Shown: one piece after another, positions 56,379-64,000 of the stretch
Numbering within the stretch: the stretch's first letter is position 1
How the letters are laid out: each line of letters starts with the position of its first letter
Virus record (IMG/VR): IMGVR_UViG_3300048819_000142
Span: 32,001 to 96,000 of that record
Reading direction: 5' to 3' (one strand)
From: a virus
Lineage: Duplodnaviria; Caudoviricetes
Length of the DNA stretch: 64,000 nt
Position numbers and translations under genes: made by a program
The notes under the pieces: model-generated
Databases searched by the model: none
The model's input: only the letters and a program-made list of their open reading frames with translations
What the model was told of the DNA's origin: nothing

Positions 56379-56631
56379 CGTCATCTTCGTCCTCTTCGTC
56401 ATCGTCGAGGTCCTCGTCATCATCTTCTGATGAGAGTTCGGCTACTCGGCCCTCCCACTCGTAGTCGATTCCGTTCTGGGCAAGGAGGTCGTCTATCCCA
56501 GAAGTTGGACCCGTCACGACTATAGCATCGTCGTTGTCAGCGTGATTTTTAACTGGGTACCCCGCCTCAGCGAGGAGTGCCAATACGTCGTCCCTCGAAC
56601 TTTCGTCTTCGAGAATAATCTGTGCTGCCAT
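56371..56631 (-). CDS. Very acidic small protein
   Basis: AAAGGAG RBS; C-terminus EDDDEDLDDDEEDEDDDD. Confidence 0.65.
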   Translation of the reverse strand: MAAQIILEDESSRDDVLALLAEAGYPVKNHADNDDAIVVTGPTSGIDDLLAQNGIDYEWEGRVAELSSEDDDEDLDDDEEDEDDDD

Positions 56632-56636
56632 TGTCT

Positions 56637-58067
56637 TTACTCCTTTACAAAAATTTGCAGATCCCTTATGACCGCCTCAATAACCTGATCCCACTTGCGC
56701 GGTTGAGCCTGCCGATAAATCCTAGTTTGCTTATACCACGGCGTTGTCGCGACATCAGTACCCCAGCGCCACTCGGGTGGGTTGGGCACGAGCACCCAGC
56801 ATGGTACGCCCATGCACCCAGCCAGGTGCGCGACAGAGGTGTCGCACGTGATGACGAGGTCCAGCATCTTCATTGCAGATGCCGTGTCATCAAAATGCCT
56901 GAAGTCAGTTCCAAGATCGATGATGGGGTGCTCCGTGACGTCCGACAATTGCTGTATTACGTCGCCGACTTGGAAAGAGAACAACTGAAGGCCAGGAACT
57001 TGTGCGAACCGCGCAAACTGGTTCAGGGGGAGGGATCTGGCATGGTCATTGCCGTGGCGCGGATCACCGGCCCAGACAATCCCGATTTTTTTGCAAGGAG
57101 AATCGTGGAGTACGCTAATTCTTGCAGCCCACACCGCATCGAGCTGCGCGTCTGTAATGATGTGGGGACGCCGCCAACAGTTTTCGGGAGAAATCTTGAG
57201 CACCCGCATGATGCCAAGTAGTGAGGAGTAGGAGTCGTGGTCAATCTTGGTAGCTTCACCGAAGCCAACTACCTCGTCAACTCCGTCGACCCTCGAGACG
57301 AGGTCTTTAAGATCTGGTTGGACGAGGTAGACGAGCTTACCGAACTTTCCGAGTGCCTTGGCCTCAGCGAGGTACCTAGAGAATTGTATTGCGTCTCCTG
57401 ATCCTTGGTCTGAGATGACGATGAGTGTCTTCCCTTCCATTTCCTGACCGGACCATGCCTCGGACATGCTGAGGTTCTTCATCTTCTCATTCTTCTGATA
57501 GGACAAGCACCACTCGTACATGCTCCAGCTGTCAACCCACTGCCCATACGTCATCTGTATGAGCGCCCTATTAAGGAGCATGTGGATGTCACCCGGCTTC
57601 TTCTCGAGTGCCCGATCATTCCACGACATCGCCGTGGCAAGATTTCCAAGGTCGTACTCGAGCATTGCGATGGCAGACAACACCATGTAGTTTTCGCTAT
57701 CCTTGTCGTACACGAGCGCGAGTAGCTCCCTTGATTCCTGTAGGTTGCCCTTCTTCCTCGTGACTTCAGCAAGCGCTATCTTCGCGACCATGTCCTGGGA
57801 GTTCATGCGAACAGCTTCATGAAACATTCGCAAAGCTCCGTCATTGTTGCCGGTGATGTTGTACAGCGCACCGAGGTTGTAGACTGCCGGCTGATTCTTC
57901 TCGTTGAGGTCGACCGAATACTTGAAACAGTCGAACGCGCCATTCGCATTCTTCACATTTATGAACTGGTTGCCCAGTTGAAAAAGGAAGTTGGAAATCT
58001 CCTCCAGCTTATCCCTCTCCATCCTCACATATTTGGATCTGTCATCCGGTGTATGACTTTTGCTCAC
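56637..58067 (-). CDS. TPR-repeat protein with C-terminal GT9-like (heptosyltransferase-type) domain
   Basis: TPR helices, W.GQ...GKT....DQGSGDAIQFSRY, IGIVWAG.P.H.ND..RS, LDLVITCDTSVAHLAG.MG.P. Confidence 0.85.
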   Translation of the reverse strand: MSKSHTPDDRSKYVRMERDKLEEISNFLFQLGNQFINVKNANGAFDCFKYSVDLNEKNQPAVYNLGALYNITGNNDGALRMFHEAVRMNSQDMVAKIALAEVTRKKGNLQESRELLALVYDKDSENYMVLSAIAMLEYDLGNLATAMSWNDRALEKKPGDIHMLLNRALIQMTYGQWVDSWSMYEWCLSYQKNEKMKNLSMSEAWSGQEMEGKTLIVISDQGSGDAIQFSRYLAEAKALGKFGKLVYLVQPDLKDLVSRVDGVDEVVGFGEATKIDHDSYSSLLGIMRVLKISPENCWRRPHIITDAQLDAVWAARISVLHDSPCKKIGIVWAGDPRHGNDHARSLPLNQFARFAQVPGLQLFSFQVGDVIQQLSDVTEHPIIDLGTDFRHFDDTASAMKMLDLVITCDTSVAHLAGCMGVPCWVLVPNPPEWRWGTDVATTPWYKQTRIYRQAQPRKWDQVIEAVIRDLQIFVKE

Positions 58068-58114
58068 TAAATCATAGTATCACGCGGGTTGATGCCCGAA
58101 GTCCGAAAAATTCA

Positions 58115-59029
58115 CTAAAGTTTTGGGAGGGCATCTTGAGCAGCTTGGGGAAGCTTCATCGATATGTATTTCCCGGCCTTTGTCTGCTTACGAACTACTA
58201 CTGTGCCAGTCTGCTCAAAGGAGTTGATGGGAGGTTTTTTGCGTTCTCGCTGGGAACGAAACCAGTTATAGGAGTTGCGAACCTCGATAGGCATATGCTT
58301 CACGGCATCCCAGAAATTACCACCACCGAGCCACGGATCCATCCACCGTGTGGACCTAATTGAGGGATGAAACTTGATATTCCGGGGACCACTTGCTACT
58401 GCGAAATAGTCGCCGAGCGGAAAGAAGTGCATGGAGTATAGGTGTCTCCCAAGGTTAAGCTCTACCCTGTAGACAGACTGAAAGAACCAGTCACGGCCAA
58501 ATTCCCTTCCTTCCATCTTCTCAAGAATAGGAAGGCATTCTTTCCAGTCCAGGTGTTCGATGAAGTGATACTTAAAGATTGCCTGCTCAATTCTAGTTCT
58601 GCAGGCTTTCATGCAGACCCCGTAGAAGTCAGCACGATATTCGATTGACGGGAGTGACGCTGACAGGGAGTCGTATATGACTCCCACACGGAGGTGTGGA
58701 GTCGCAACGTCGCAAGCGTAGTAGTGTCGGTAGCAGGACCTGAACACGCCCTTCCAAACGCAGGCGCAGATGACCTTCCTATAGAGTCCGTAACCCCTGC
58801 AATAAGAACACTGCTCGTTCGCAACAATGATTAAGTTTCCAGGGATGTTTGCTTGCGCAGCGTATACCTGGGAGTCGAGGCCCTCCTTAGCTGCTTGCTT
58901 CCTCAGTGCAGCCATTCGCTGCTCATAGTCGGTGCCCTTGCTCTTGCGGCCGTCGAATCCCTTACGGTACTTGCTTTGAAAGCTCTGTAGCTTCTTTTCG
59001 TACACCGATGGTTCTGCTGGTTCTGGCAT
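58115..59029 (-). CDS. Hypothetical Zn-finger protein, possible transcription regulator
   Basis: CSYC.G.G....CAC; helical region EQAIFKYHF...W..C. Confidence 0.5.
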   Translation of the reverse strand: MPEPAEPSVYEKKLQSFQSKYRKGFDGRKSKGTDYEQRMAALRKQAAKEGLDSQVYAAQANIPGNLIIVANEQCSYCRGYGLYRKVICACVWKGVFRSCYRHYYACDVATPHLRVGVIYDSLSASLPSIEYRADFYGVCMKACRTRIEQAIFKYHFIEHLDWKECLPILEKMEGREFGRDWFFQSVYRVELNLGRHLYSMHFFPLGDYFAVASGPRNIKFHPSIRSTRWMDPWLGGGNFWDAVKHMPIEVRNSYNWFRSQRERKKPPINSFEQTGTVVVRKQTKAGKYISMKLPQAAQDALPKL

Positions 59030-59466
59030 CCAGTACCATTATACAACGAGTGGGATTATATCGGAAACATCGATGTTGCGCTTGTGGTACAATTGGATAG
59101 TGCGTGGCTTGTGCATCGTCGAGCATCCCTACCTTATTCCGTTTTTCCTTCCTGATTGTTTTTCCCAAGGTCCTATCGACAGTGTTGTTCACCTATTGTC
59201 GGGCTGTAGAGCTGACGTAGTGCTGATTGGCATTTGAATTCAACAACATCCGTAACGACATGAGCGTGGTTATTGTCTCTACTAACTTCGAGCCGTCAGG
59301 ATTTTTTTTAAATGCGACGAGTAGAAGCATGTAGAGTCAACATCCAATAAACTCACCCAATAACCTCAACAAAACAAAGAACATAAGCTCTCTACCCTCC
59401 GTAATAGGGAGACAATACTCCCAACATAGCTACACCCTCGGGGGTGGGACTCATTCTTCCTGATTC

Positions 59467-60090
59467 CTAATCTTCCTTAATTTCTAAGACAACGCCCTCA
59501 AATTCAGGGCGAGAGATGAATTCTGCAAATGACACGCGTCGCAATATTTTCTTAGCGAACAGCGTTGACTTGTAGTACGTGAAGACGACAAGCGCCCCCT
59601 GCTTACCTTCGACCTCGGAAGCCCTAGCAAGCACAATGCTGTTGGCGTCTTCATTGGTCCAGATACTGCGCCCGTCGTCCACAAGCATCTGCACTATTTG
59701 CTTAGCTTGCTTCGCGAGCTTCCTGTAGAACAAGTTGACCATGTCGTCGTTGCTAGGGATGCAGAGTTGGATCAGTTCGATCTTGGAAACGTCAGCGATC
59801 TTGTTATTGCCGAAACCGTCCTTCCTACGCTGCCACTTGTTCGCGTCATAGCCCCCTGGCGCTCCAAGGGTGAGCACATACCAGAGTCGTCGAGCAGCTT
59901 CTTCTCTGTTGGAAGAGAAACCAACCCTTGCCCCAAGGAGCTGCTCCCTCATTTTATCGAGGGATTGTAAGGGCGCAGCTCGAGCTAACTCTTCGGGTGA
60001 AGAAAAAGCAATGGCGCCCTCGGGCACGTCAGATAAGCGTGAGAACACCTTGCAGGTGCTTTGATCGATAAAGGCAACAACCAGCGACAT
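59467..60090 (-). CDS. Winged-helix-like protein (paralogue 2)
   Basis: LAKQAKQIV...GKQ...VFTYYK..L..K.IL. Confidence 0.6.
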   Translation of the reverse strand: MSLVVAFIDQSTCKVFSRLSDVPEGAIAFSSPEELARAAPLQSLDKMREQLLGARVGFSSNREEAARRLWYVLTLGAPGGYDANKWQRRKDGFGNNKIADVSKIELIQLCIPSNDDMVNLFYRKLAKQAKQIVQMLVDDGRSIWTNEDANSIVLARASEVEGKQGALVVFTYYKSTLFAKKILRRVSFAEFISRPEFEGVVLEIKED

Positions 60091-60395
60091 TAAGCGACTC
60101 TCTTCCTTTTATTCTTAATTGCAATCTTCACAGAGATCCTCCATGTGGCGAGGGCAGCTCGATCCCGAGGGGGATCGCTGAGGAGCTCTTTGCTGACTGA
60201 GAAATCGTACCCAACGATGACTTCATTGGCCATCAGCTTGACGCGTGTGACCATGGACGAAGCCCTGGTCTTGGTGGTGCGTGCCTCAAACTGGATTACG
60301 TGGTGTGTGTCTGTCCTGGACGACGACACCTCACCACAAAAGTTGTAGGTCTGTGTCCAGTGACCGATCTTATCTGCTAACTCTTTCGAGCTCAT
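60090..60395 (-). CDS. Hypothetical protein
   Basis: 101-aa ORF, start/stop overlapping neighbours. Confidence 0.55.
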   Translation of the reverse strand: MSSKELADKIGHWTQTYNFCGEVSSSRTDTHHVIQFEARTTKTRASSMVTRVKLMANEVIVGYDFSVSKELLSDPPRDRAALATWRISVKIAIKNKRKRVA

Positions 60396-60556
60396 TACTT
60401 TTCCTTTCGCTTGGGCGGAGGAAATTTCCCCGTAGTTTCAAGAGTCAGGCACCGCGTGCACCTGCAATCCCAGGGATGGTCTCCGTTTCCTAAGCAGGCA
60501 CACTCCTCTAACTGCTTACTGCAACGAAAGCAAACACGCTTCGCAGACTTCTCCAT
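60395..60556 (-). CDS. Cys-rich 53-aa protein (not in ORF track)
   Basis: MEKSAKRVCFRC...CAC...H.WDCRCTRC; AGGAGGTG RBS. Confidence 0.6.
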   Translation of the reverse strand: MEKSAKRVCFRCSKQLEECACLGNGDHPWDCRCTRCLTLETTGKFPPPKRKEK

Positions 60557-60559
60557 GTT

Positions 60560-61141
60560 TTACATCACCTCCTGTAAGTTAGCATCCGATACGGCCCTCG
60601 TCTTTGGGGCGAGGTCCACGACTTCCGCGAGCAGGCCCTGATTAACTAGGTGCCTGCGATGAATGTTCAAGAACTGGAAGCCATCCATCTTGGTGGGACG
60701 GAGGCTAAATCTTTCGAAGTGTTCGTTGAAGAGCTGGTTCAGCTCCACTAACGTATACTCCTTTTTCCCGAACGCGAACAATAGCCTCAATACTGACGCT
60801 GCCTGTGGCTGGACTACACCAGCCAGGTCAACTTTGCCATCCCACAGCAGCCTGTAGGCGACGACACGTTTATTGCTTCTTGGGGCGAGGAACTTGGTTA
60901 TGTCCTCGATCGAAGGATTCGGCTCCTTAGGAAATAGCACCGGGGTCCCGGCTCCCAGACTATAGATGCCGGAGTCTGGAGACTGGTCCTCCACTGAGAT
61001 TACCACATACGGGGACTGTGAATACACGCGAGTTACGCGGTAGAGTGTGTCCCTCGACATCTGCCTCTTATTCAAGCTCGGCTGCTGCGGGTGGGCCGGC
61101 CGAAACTTATCTCCAACGCCCAATATTCTTAAGAACTTCAT
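60560..61141 (-). CDS. Winged-helix-like protein (paralogue 3)
   Basis: QPQAASVL...PTKM...FLNIHRRHL..QG.L.EV. Confidence 0.6.
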   Translation of the reverse strand: MKFLRILGVGDKFRPAHPQQPSLNKRQMSRDTLYRVTRVYSQSPYVVISVEDQSPDSGIYSLGAGTPVLFPKEPNPSIEDITKFLAPRSNKRVVAYRLLWDGKVDLAGVVQPQAASVLRLLFAFGKKEYTLVELNQLFNEHFERFSLRPTKMDGFQFLNIHRRHLVNQGLLAEVVDLAPKTRAVSDANLQEVM

Positions 61142-61332
61142 TTCAGCATCAGCCTCTTCATGCTTCGCTGCTTATCGCGCAGTGCCCTCCACGTGGGAAA
61201 GATGTTCTTGTCCGCGGACATGCGAATGAGGTCAACATTGCCTCCCCAGTCACGGTAGTAGTCCTCGATTTTCTTCAGGGCAACTTCCACCTGATCAATG
61301 GTCAGTGCGTCAACAGTCACGGGACCTCTCAA
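61138..61332 (-). CDS. Hypothetical protein
   Basis: Short ORF in a packed operon. Confidence 0.45.
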   Translation of the reverse strand: MRGPVTVDALTIDQVEVALKKIEDYYRDWGGNVDLIRMSADKNIFPTWRALRDKQRSMKRLMLK

Positions 61333-61753
61333 GTATCATTCGCGCAAGGTCTGCGTCCCTGCGAGTCAATGCCACCATAGGGTCTACAAGGACAAGGAGG
61401 TTTTGCCCAGCAAAAGTCAGTAATCCTGGTAGCGTATCGTCAATGACTACGAAGGATTCAACGTCCTCCCTGCTATCAAGCCAGGCAAATATCTCATCGC
61501 CGCGCTGCCCGAGGACGGGTGTTTTGTCAATTACCTCTAGTTCACAGCCCCAGTCTTTAAGGCACTTCGCCAACTTCTCGATGGGAACCTTTTCCCTCCA
61601 GTCTGAGGTCACTACAATCTTGGCTTCCGTCTCGCTACCGAGCAGATTAAGCATAGACATCGCTCGAGGGCTCACCTTCGCAGGTCTCCGCTTTTTGTCA
61701 GGCGCGGAGAATGGGACCAGCGGTCCATCGAAATCAAGGAAGATGATCTTCAA
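61310..61753 (-). CDS. HAD phosphatase, 'Swiss Army Knife' RNA-repair type
   Basis: IIFLDFDG.L, IVVTSDWR, TP...RG.EI..WL, FVVIDD. Confidence 0.8.
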   Translation of the reverse strand: MKIIFLDFDGPLVPFSAPDKKRRPAKVSPRAMSMLNLLGSETEAKIVVTSDWREKVPIEKLAKCLKDWGCELEVIDKTPVLGQRGDEIFAWLDSREDVESFVVIDDTLPGLLTFAGQNLLVLVDPMVALTRRDADLARMILERSRDC

Positions 61754-62103
61754 AGTAGTTTCCTCGCCTCTTCTTGGGTGTCAAACCGAAGCCCAGTATC
61801 CTTAAACTTATCATCTGACCCAATGGTTACTATGCACCATTGTTTGCTGCCCTTGTCCTCAGTAACAAGGAAGATGTTGCCGGCAGACCGCCACCGGAAC
61901 AGGGGGTCTTCCGTCGGCATGTCGAGGAGTTCCTCGGCGGCACGACCAGCCGCAGAGATGTCGGGCCAATTCCCGCCGGCTACTAATTTTCCGTCAGGCT
62001 GCTCCAATTCTACTGCGAATTCAGAACCACGCCGGTAAAAGAACCCCCTGGCCACGGCGCCACGTGTGACGTAGACCTGCACATGGTATGGGATCCCCGT
62101 CAT
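61750..62103 (-). CDS. Hypothetical protein
   Basis: 117 aa, overlapping start/stop. Confidence 0.55.
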   Translation of the reverse strand: MTGIPYHVQVYVTRGAVARGFFYRRGSEFAVELEQPDGKLVAGGNWPDISAAGRAAEELLDMPTEDPLFRWRSAGNIFLVTEDKGSKQWCIVTIGSDDKFKDTGLRFDTQEEARKLL

Positions 62104-62345
62104 ACGAAGATCTCCATGGGCAGGAGCCTTGGCTCATCTTTTGGGTTAGACACGCAACTTGCCCCGACCGAGATATTCATCAGCAATTCAGTGCCACACC
62201 CGCCGCACTTGAAGTCAGTGTAGCCCATCATTTTCGGGTAAATTAAGTACTGGGTACCGAGCTTGATGTCTTCGTTGAGGAGCGTGAAACCGCACTCGCA
62301 TATCGAGAGCTTTTTAAGTCGCATCAGTAGGAGAATGTTGTTCAT
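62100..62345 (-). CDS. Small Zn-ribbon protein
   Basis: CECG...CGGCG. Confidence 0.55.
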   Translation of the reverse strand: MNNILLLMRLKKLSICECGFTLLNEDIKLGTQYLIYPKMMGYTDFKCGGCGTELLMNISVGASCVSNPKDEPRLLPMEIFV

Positions 62346-62497
62346 TCGACCTCCACGGCTTCGAGGTTAATCACCAAATCCCCGAGTGCTTCCTCCGCTT
62401 CTCGAATGGCATCTGCTGATGTCAGCGCGTCAGATGTCCCGAGTAGTTTTTGCTCGCCGGGCTTTGACCTGAACTCCCCGTACACATTAAAGCTCAT
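62342..62497 (-). CDS. 51-aa hypothetical protein (not in ORF track)
   Basis: MSFNVYGEFRSKPGEQ...EAVEVE; ATGA overlaps on both sides. Confidence 0.55.
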   Translation of the reverse strand: MSFNVYGEFRSKPGEQKLLGTSDALTSADAIREAEEALGDLVINLEAVEVE

Positions 62498-63156
62498 TCG
62501 TCTACCTCTTCCAGATGGCCCTCATCGATCATGCGACGGCGGTAGAAAGCGAAGATCTTCAACGGTTCTTGCTTGGTCTTGAGCTCATCCTTGTGCTCCG
62601 TCAAGATCAGCTCGATGGAGGCTTCAGTGAAGTTCTCTCGACCAGTGTCATTCATCAGGTCAAGGATAACCTTGGCCTGGCGAGGCAGTTCATCGTAAGA
62701 CGCTATGAGCTCAGCTCCTTCATGGTAGTGGAGGATATAGCCCTTCTCCTGCGCGCGCCTCGAGACTGAGTGCCCAGTTACGTTAGCAAACTCGGCGGTG
62801 TCCACGAAGTCGAGTACTTCTTTTTCTGTGGCGAGTCGGTATTCCGACCTCACCCTCATTCCGAGAACCTGACCGTTTGGCACAAGCGACAATTCATCGT
62901 CGCGATTAGTTGCGCCTCGATTGATGAACGATTTCCCGGCCAGCAGGTGAGCCTTTATCTGCTCCTGCAGCCAGGGTTTCATGAATCCTGAGACACACAA
63001 CGCTTCCGCAGTCTTGTCGAGCCCAAGCATAATCAGGGACGGGCCAACGACAGGCCCCTGTATCCCAGGCCACCGTTGAACTCTTACCTTGCTCGACATC
63101 TTGTCGCCTGGGGTAACCGGCGTCAGCTGATCATCATCCGATTGATTGTCCATCAT
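62494..63156 (-). CDS. Winged-helix-like protein (paralogue 4)
   Basis: LPRQAKVIL...LKTKQ...IFAFYRRRM..EG.LEEV. Confidence 0.65.
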   Translation of the reverse strand: MMDNQSDDDQLTPVTPGDKMSSKVRVQRWPGIQGPVVGPSLIMLGLDKTAEALCVSGFMKPWLQEQIKAHLLAGKSFINRGATNRDDELSLVPNGQVLGMRVRSEYRLATEKEVLDFVDTAEFANVTGHSVSRRAQEKGYILHYHEGAELIASYDELPRQAKVILDLMNDTGRENFTEASIELILTEHKDELKTKQEPLKIFAFYRRRMIDEGHLEEVDE

Positions 63157-63225
63157 CTCCCCTAAGTTTTATTGTACAACAGTAAACTGCCGCGTGTTCG
63201 GCTTTGTTCCCAAGTTGTTTCAGAC

Positions 63226-63573
63226 TCAGGCTCCGACAGTGTCGCGCTCGGAAATCTTGGGAACTTCCACTTCGCCAAGGATAAACTCAACGTCGATGAC
63301 CTGACCAGGGCGAAGCTTGTCGAAGTTCTTGGAAATGTAGATGTGCGCAGTCTGGTACGTCCTGTCTCCCCACGAATAGGGATCTGCACTCGCCTTATAG
63401 TTGCAGTCAATAATCCTGACAAGGAGCACATGTTCCTTTTGACTAGCATCGTCCCTGCTGAACCCTGCTCGCCAGAACAACCATCGTTCCTGAGCGTTTT
63501 CGGAGCCAAATTGTGTTGCGAGCACGGGAATGCATGTTGCACGATCCCTTACTTCGAATACCTTTGATACCAT
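63226..63573 (-). CDS. Hypothetical phage protein
   Basis: GAAAGGA RBS; K.FEVRDRAT.IP...DPYSW..RT...AH.YI...F..L..G.VIDVE. Confidence 0.65.
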   Translation of the reverse strand: MVSKVFEVRDRATCIPVLATQFGSENAQERWLFWRAGFSRDDASQKEHVLLVRIIDCNYKASADPYSWGDRTYQTAHIYISKNFDKLRPGQVIDVEFILGEVEVPKISERDTVGA

Positions 63574-63609
63574 CGGTGTGTTCCTTTCGAATTTAGACTA
63601 ACAGAAGAA

Positions 63610-63692
63610 ATTTGACCATAGGAAATACCATCCTAATACAATCGGTTTACCTATGTGACCACTCAGTTGCGGAGAGTATGACCAAAAGTCAT
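63610..63692 (+). repeat. Dispersed conserved element, copy 3
   Basis: TTTGACCATAGG-N43-GTTGCGGAG-N3-ATGACCA. Confidence 0.8.
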
Positions 63693-64000
63693 TAAAAGAG
63701 ACTATATTGGCCCCTCTTGTCAGCCACAGGTTCTTTCGGTTTGGGCGGCCCATCCTTTATCGGTGGACCAAGAACAATCCGTGCGTCCGTGAGGCACATT
63801 GTCGTTAACTCACACAACATTTGGGGAGTTAATTCCCCGTGCGGCGGCCAGATTATCGGCTCCGTAGGAGGCCCCGCCGGAGGCGGGACAATTTTGGGAC
63901 TTTGTTCTAGTCCACGGTCTCCGACCCAACTGGAATCCCACTTGTCAGCCCAATGGTGCTGTATCGGGCTGAGTCGATAACCTTTGCTTCTTTGATCAAA
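63692..64000 (-). CDS. 3' end of a Pro-rich ORF truncated by the window edge
   Basis: Open frame from 64000 to TAA at 63692. Confidence 0.45.
   Translation of the reverse strand, partial: FDQRSKGYRLSPIQHHWADKWDSSWVGDRGLEQSPKIVPPPAGPPTEPIIWPPHGELTPQMLCELTTMCLTDARIVLGPPIKDGPPKPKEPVADKRGQYSLF

Noticed and set aside
1-64000. Host assignment, prophage status and alternative genetic code
   Set aside because: No integrase, att site or host genes are in the window; genes pack tightly under the standard code with all three stops used. Heptose genes only suggest a diderm host.

Overview
64-kb segment of a tailed dsDNA bacteriophage with a siphovirus-like (non-contractile) tail; no capsid, terminase or integrase gene is in the window. 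1-21.2 kb (+) is the tail operon: tube, chaperone pair made by a -1 frameshift, a 2666-aa tape measure carrying DEDDh-exonuclease and DUF4406/NDT-like domains, tail tip proteins and a holin. 21.4-64 kb is almost entirely (-): replication (SNF2 and UvrD helicases, primase, SSB-like, resolvase, PolA); nucleotide metabolism/modification (dCMP deaminase, a dCMP-type thymidylate-synthase homologue, ThyX, Tmk, MazG-family enzymes, NDT, methyltransferase, UDG-like); a Ro60/TROVE-vWA locus; a ~10.5-kb glycan/heptose cluster; and small genes including four paralogues of a winged-helix-like domain. The strongest novelty candidate lies directly upstream of the Ro60-like gene (45.4-46.1 kb): an array of five RNA modules sharing one conserved closing stem, into which different tRNA-like domains are grafted (two circularly permuted at the D-loop, one tRNA-Lys(CUU) mimic lacking an acceptor stem). 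Also found: a CCG(A/T)-N21-TAnAAT promoter-like motif (8 copies) and a ~75-100-bp element with invariant internal spacing repeated three times ~20-22 kb apart. All protein calls come from motif recognition by eye; no database searches or folding computations were run.
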